Assembly: GCA_051530055.1 (NCBI GenBank)
Contig: CM121343.1
Coordinates: 6,232,389 to 6,296,388, forward strand
Origin: Neoechinorhynchus agilis
Lineage: Eukaryota > Animalia > Acanthocephala
DNA length: 64,000 nt
Direction: 5' to 3'
The notes under the pieces were generated by a model, which was given only the letters and a program-made list of their open reading frames with translations, was not told where the DNA came from and searched no databases. Positions 61,453-64,000 of the stretch are shown here, piece by piece (the first letter of the stretch is position 1; each line of letters starts with the position of its first letter). The translations under genes and the position numbers were made by a program.

Positions 61453-64000
61453 ATGTGGAATTTAAAAACCCGCTCAAGATCTACTAACGAAATTTCGGAG
61501 GTTAACGTGAAATCAAATGACAGAATTCTTATGAGTAATTCTTATTCAGACGATTCATTTTATGTTTATGTGCCTGGGAAGCTCATCGTAATCGACTCTG
61601 CAGAAAGCTCCTCTAAAATTTGCCGAAACGACGTTGTTACCTTATCGAAGACACTCGAATTCGACGATGTCGTTATGATTTGCGAAAATGGCGATTTTGT
61701 ACAATATTCCTCTACGAAGCACTTCGAAGGCAACGTAATTCGAAACATAATCAAAGATTTTTATCAGTCATTTTGTGATAAAACTGAGTTCTTAATTGAA
61801 GAGTGCGAATTCTCTCATGAAAAGGATATTTGTGCATTGATCGTCTCGAAAGGTGGAAATACGCGTCGCCAAAAGTTTATAATTTTATGTTATGGTAATG
61901 GCACGTCGATGGATGTTGATCCAATCGAATTTGGACTAGAGTCCAATAAGTGTTCAGTACAATCGGTCAATGTTGGCTGGGGTCACAAGTTAACTCAATT
62001 TCATGGAAGCTTGGGTAAAACAGCCGCTAAAACTAAGAACGCTGAGATGATCGTTGATTGGTCCGTAGACAGCACTCTGATTCGCTGGCGTTACGACGAC
62101 GAATATTTTGCAATTAATGGTTTAGATTCAAATGGTACGCGGAAGCTTTTCGTGTATGATCGTAATGGGATTCTTTACAGCCGCACGGATCAGATTTTTA
62201 ATATGAGTCTAAGCACGTCAATGTGCTGGAAGCCGGACGGGGAGCATTTAGCTTGTGGAATCAAGGAATCAGGCGAATGGTTTATAGGATTTTTTGAGAA
62301 AAATGGGTTGGAACACGGGGAACGATTAAAGCTGGATACGTACGCAGAAGCGATATCATCCGTAAATAATTTAAGCTACTCTTTATCAGGTGATTTATTG
62401 GTTATTTGTATCGATCATCGAAAAGAAGAGAGTGGCGACCTCTTCAAATTAATTCTTCTTTTTCAGCGAACTAATTACAGTTGGTTTTGCAAGCAGCATT
62501 GCTTCGAATGGGCTGACGGTCATTTGGTATTTGCATTCGACGACAAAAATCCACTTGCGTGCCATATAAGTGCACTTTCTAGTTCAAATAATCAGCTTTT
62601 TTATGTTCGAACCGAGTACCAAATGGTTTACGATACTAGCGATGATATGCAACGACAAGTCGGTGTAGATAAGTGTTCTTAATTTTTTAATACTATTGAG
62701 AACTACTTATTGTAATTAACGGAACAAAAATTGACGTTACTCCGTTCGGTAGCATGATAATACCGCCTCCCTACAGTGCTGGTTCCATACGAAACTTTAC
62801 TGAATGTGTCAATGAAATACATTGGTGCCAATATTTGATCGCGATAACAGCCAATCTACGCCTTTATGTCTTTGGAAACGCTGGCTCACAGGGGACAAAA
62901 GTTCAAAACACAGTAGGTTTTTACTTGAATGAACAAGTTTTTCAAACCGAGATAGAATATCCACACAAAGAAGAGCTTGAATTGAAGAACGACTTCCGTG
63001 ATATAATGAACATGGATTTTTTTAATTTTAATTTTTTCGTTTTACATGATCCGTCTTTTATCGACGCCGTCTGTTTATCTCAATGTAAAAAATTTAATGG
63101 ATATATCCATTTGAGACTTGAAATGAACAATGATACTGCCAAAATTAGAATTTATGATGTCAATATTTCGATATTGCACGATGATGAATGCGTTATTGAC
63201 ATGACCGTAAAGTAGCGATCCCTTCAATGGGATAACTTTTCGAAGAAATCGCTATCATAACTCCTAAATTAAATACTATTGTAATGTTAACATCGCAAAG
63301 ACGGTTGATAAACATTGACGATTACTTTAAGAATGATGAATTATGTGTTTCTAATGTAAATGCAAAATCTATATGCGTCGCCCAGAAACCGATTGACAGT
63401 CTACATTCTCGATCAGCTAATGGGGAAATTTTAATTTTCGGATTCAATCGAATGATAAACGAATTAGCTGTCTACTCTACAACTTACTGTCAATTGATCT
63501 ATTCAATCCATTGCCTAAATTACCATATTGATGACCACTACCTTTACGTTATAATTCGGAAGCCTATGGATGGTGCTCTGCACACCGGAGATGGACCAAA
63601 TCTTTACTTTAATTCCCTCGATGCCATATACCGATCTATTAAAGAGCCTTCGAAACTAAAAGGTCACAGTAGAGCCATAGAGCCAGGCAGTCAAATAATC
63701 ACGAGCGTAGGATCAGTGTACGACAAAGCAAGTGGAAGCGATCCGATTCATGTTCTACTTCAAATGCCACGCGGAAATATTGAACTTATAACTCCGAGAC
63801 CATTCGTTTTAAATCGAATTATAACATTGCTTGAACATCATGAATTTAAACTTGCGTTCGATCTTTCTAGTCGTCATCGAATTAATTTCAATGTTCTTTG
63901 TGATTACAACATAGATGATTTTCTGTCAAGTGCTGAACAATTCATTGATCAATTTGGTAATGCTTCAAATATTAATCAGTTTCTCACAACTTTGGAAAAT
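61453..64000 (+). CDS. ELP1: Elongator complex subunit 1 (ELP1/IKBKAP), 3' end runs off the window
   Basis: VNVGWGHKLTQFHGSLGK, RWRYDDEYFA, WKPDG, FFEKNGLEHGE, NYSWFCKQ, VINGTKIDVTPF...IPPPYS, RAIEPGSQII, LQMPRGNIE. Confidence 0.93.

Noticed and set aside
63207-63300. In-frame stops in ELP1 suggesting a pseudogene or altered genetic code
   Set aside because: An 89-nt GT-AG intron (63212-63300) restores the frame, and other genes read normally in the standard code.
1-64000. CRISPR arrays, rRNA, tRNA or spliced-leader RNA genes
   Set aside because: The DNA is eukaryotic, the arrays have identical units without unique spacers, and no tRNA boxes, rRNA similarity or SL/Sm-site layout were found by eye.

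Overview
Eukaryotic (most likely bilaterian animal) genomic DNA from a compact, gene-dense genome in which most introns are about 40-65 nt GT-AG. Recognisable genes, in order: a MAP2K (partial), a muscle-type myosin II heavy chain, a CIN85/CD2AP-like SH3 adaptor, epsin, SMC3, an orphan Cys-rich membrane protein, an SLC7/LAT transporter, HERP, UBE4A/Ufd2, an FTZ-F1/NR5A nuclear receptor, USP6NL/RN-tre and ELP1 (partial). Between and inside them lie three tandem arrays (277, 330 and 346 bp units), decayed CRE-clade retrotransposons, an L2/Crack-like LINE fragment and a Penelope-like (PLE) RT relic. The main finding is a set of 70-230 bp fold-back elements that look like MITEs. Most of them carry a recognisable minimal hammerhead ribozyme core (CUGANGA, extra nucleotide, stem II, GAAA, palindromic stem III), with 3' ends pointing outward. 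They fall into about four sequence families, two copies keep every core nucleotide, stem II shows covariation, and a similar core sits at the 3' end of the PLE relic. All of this was read by eye; no alignments, folding or database searches were run, and exon boundaries are approximate.
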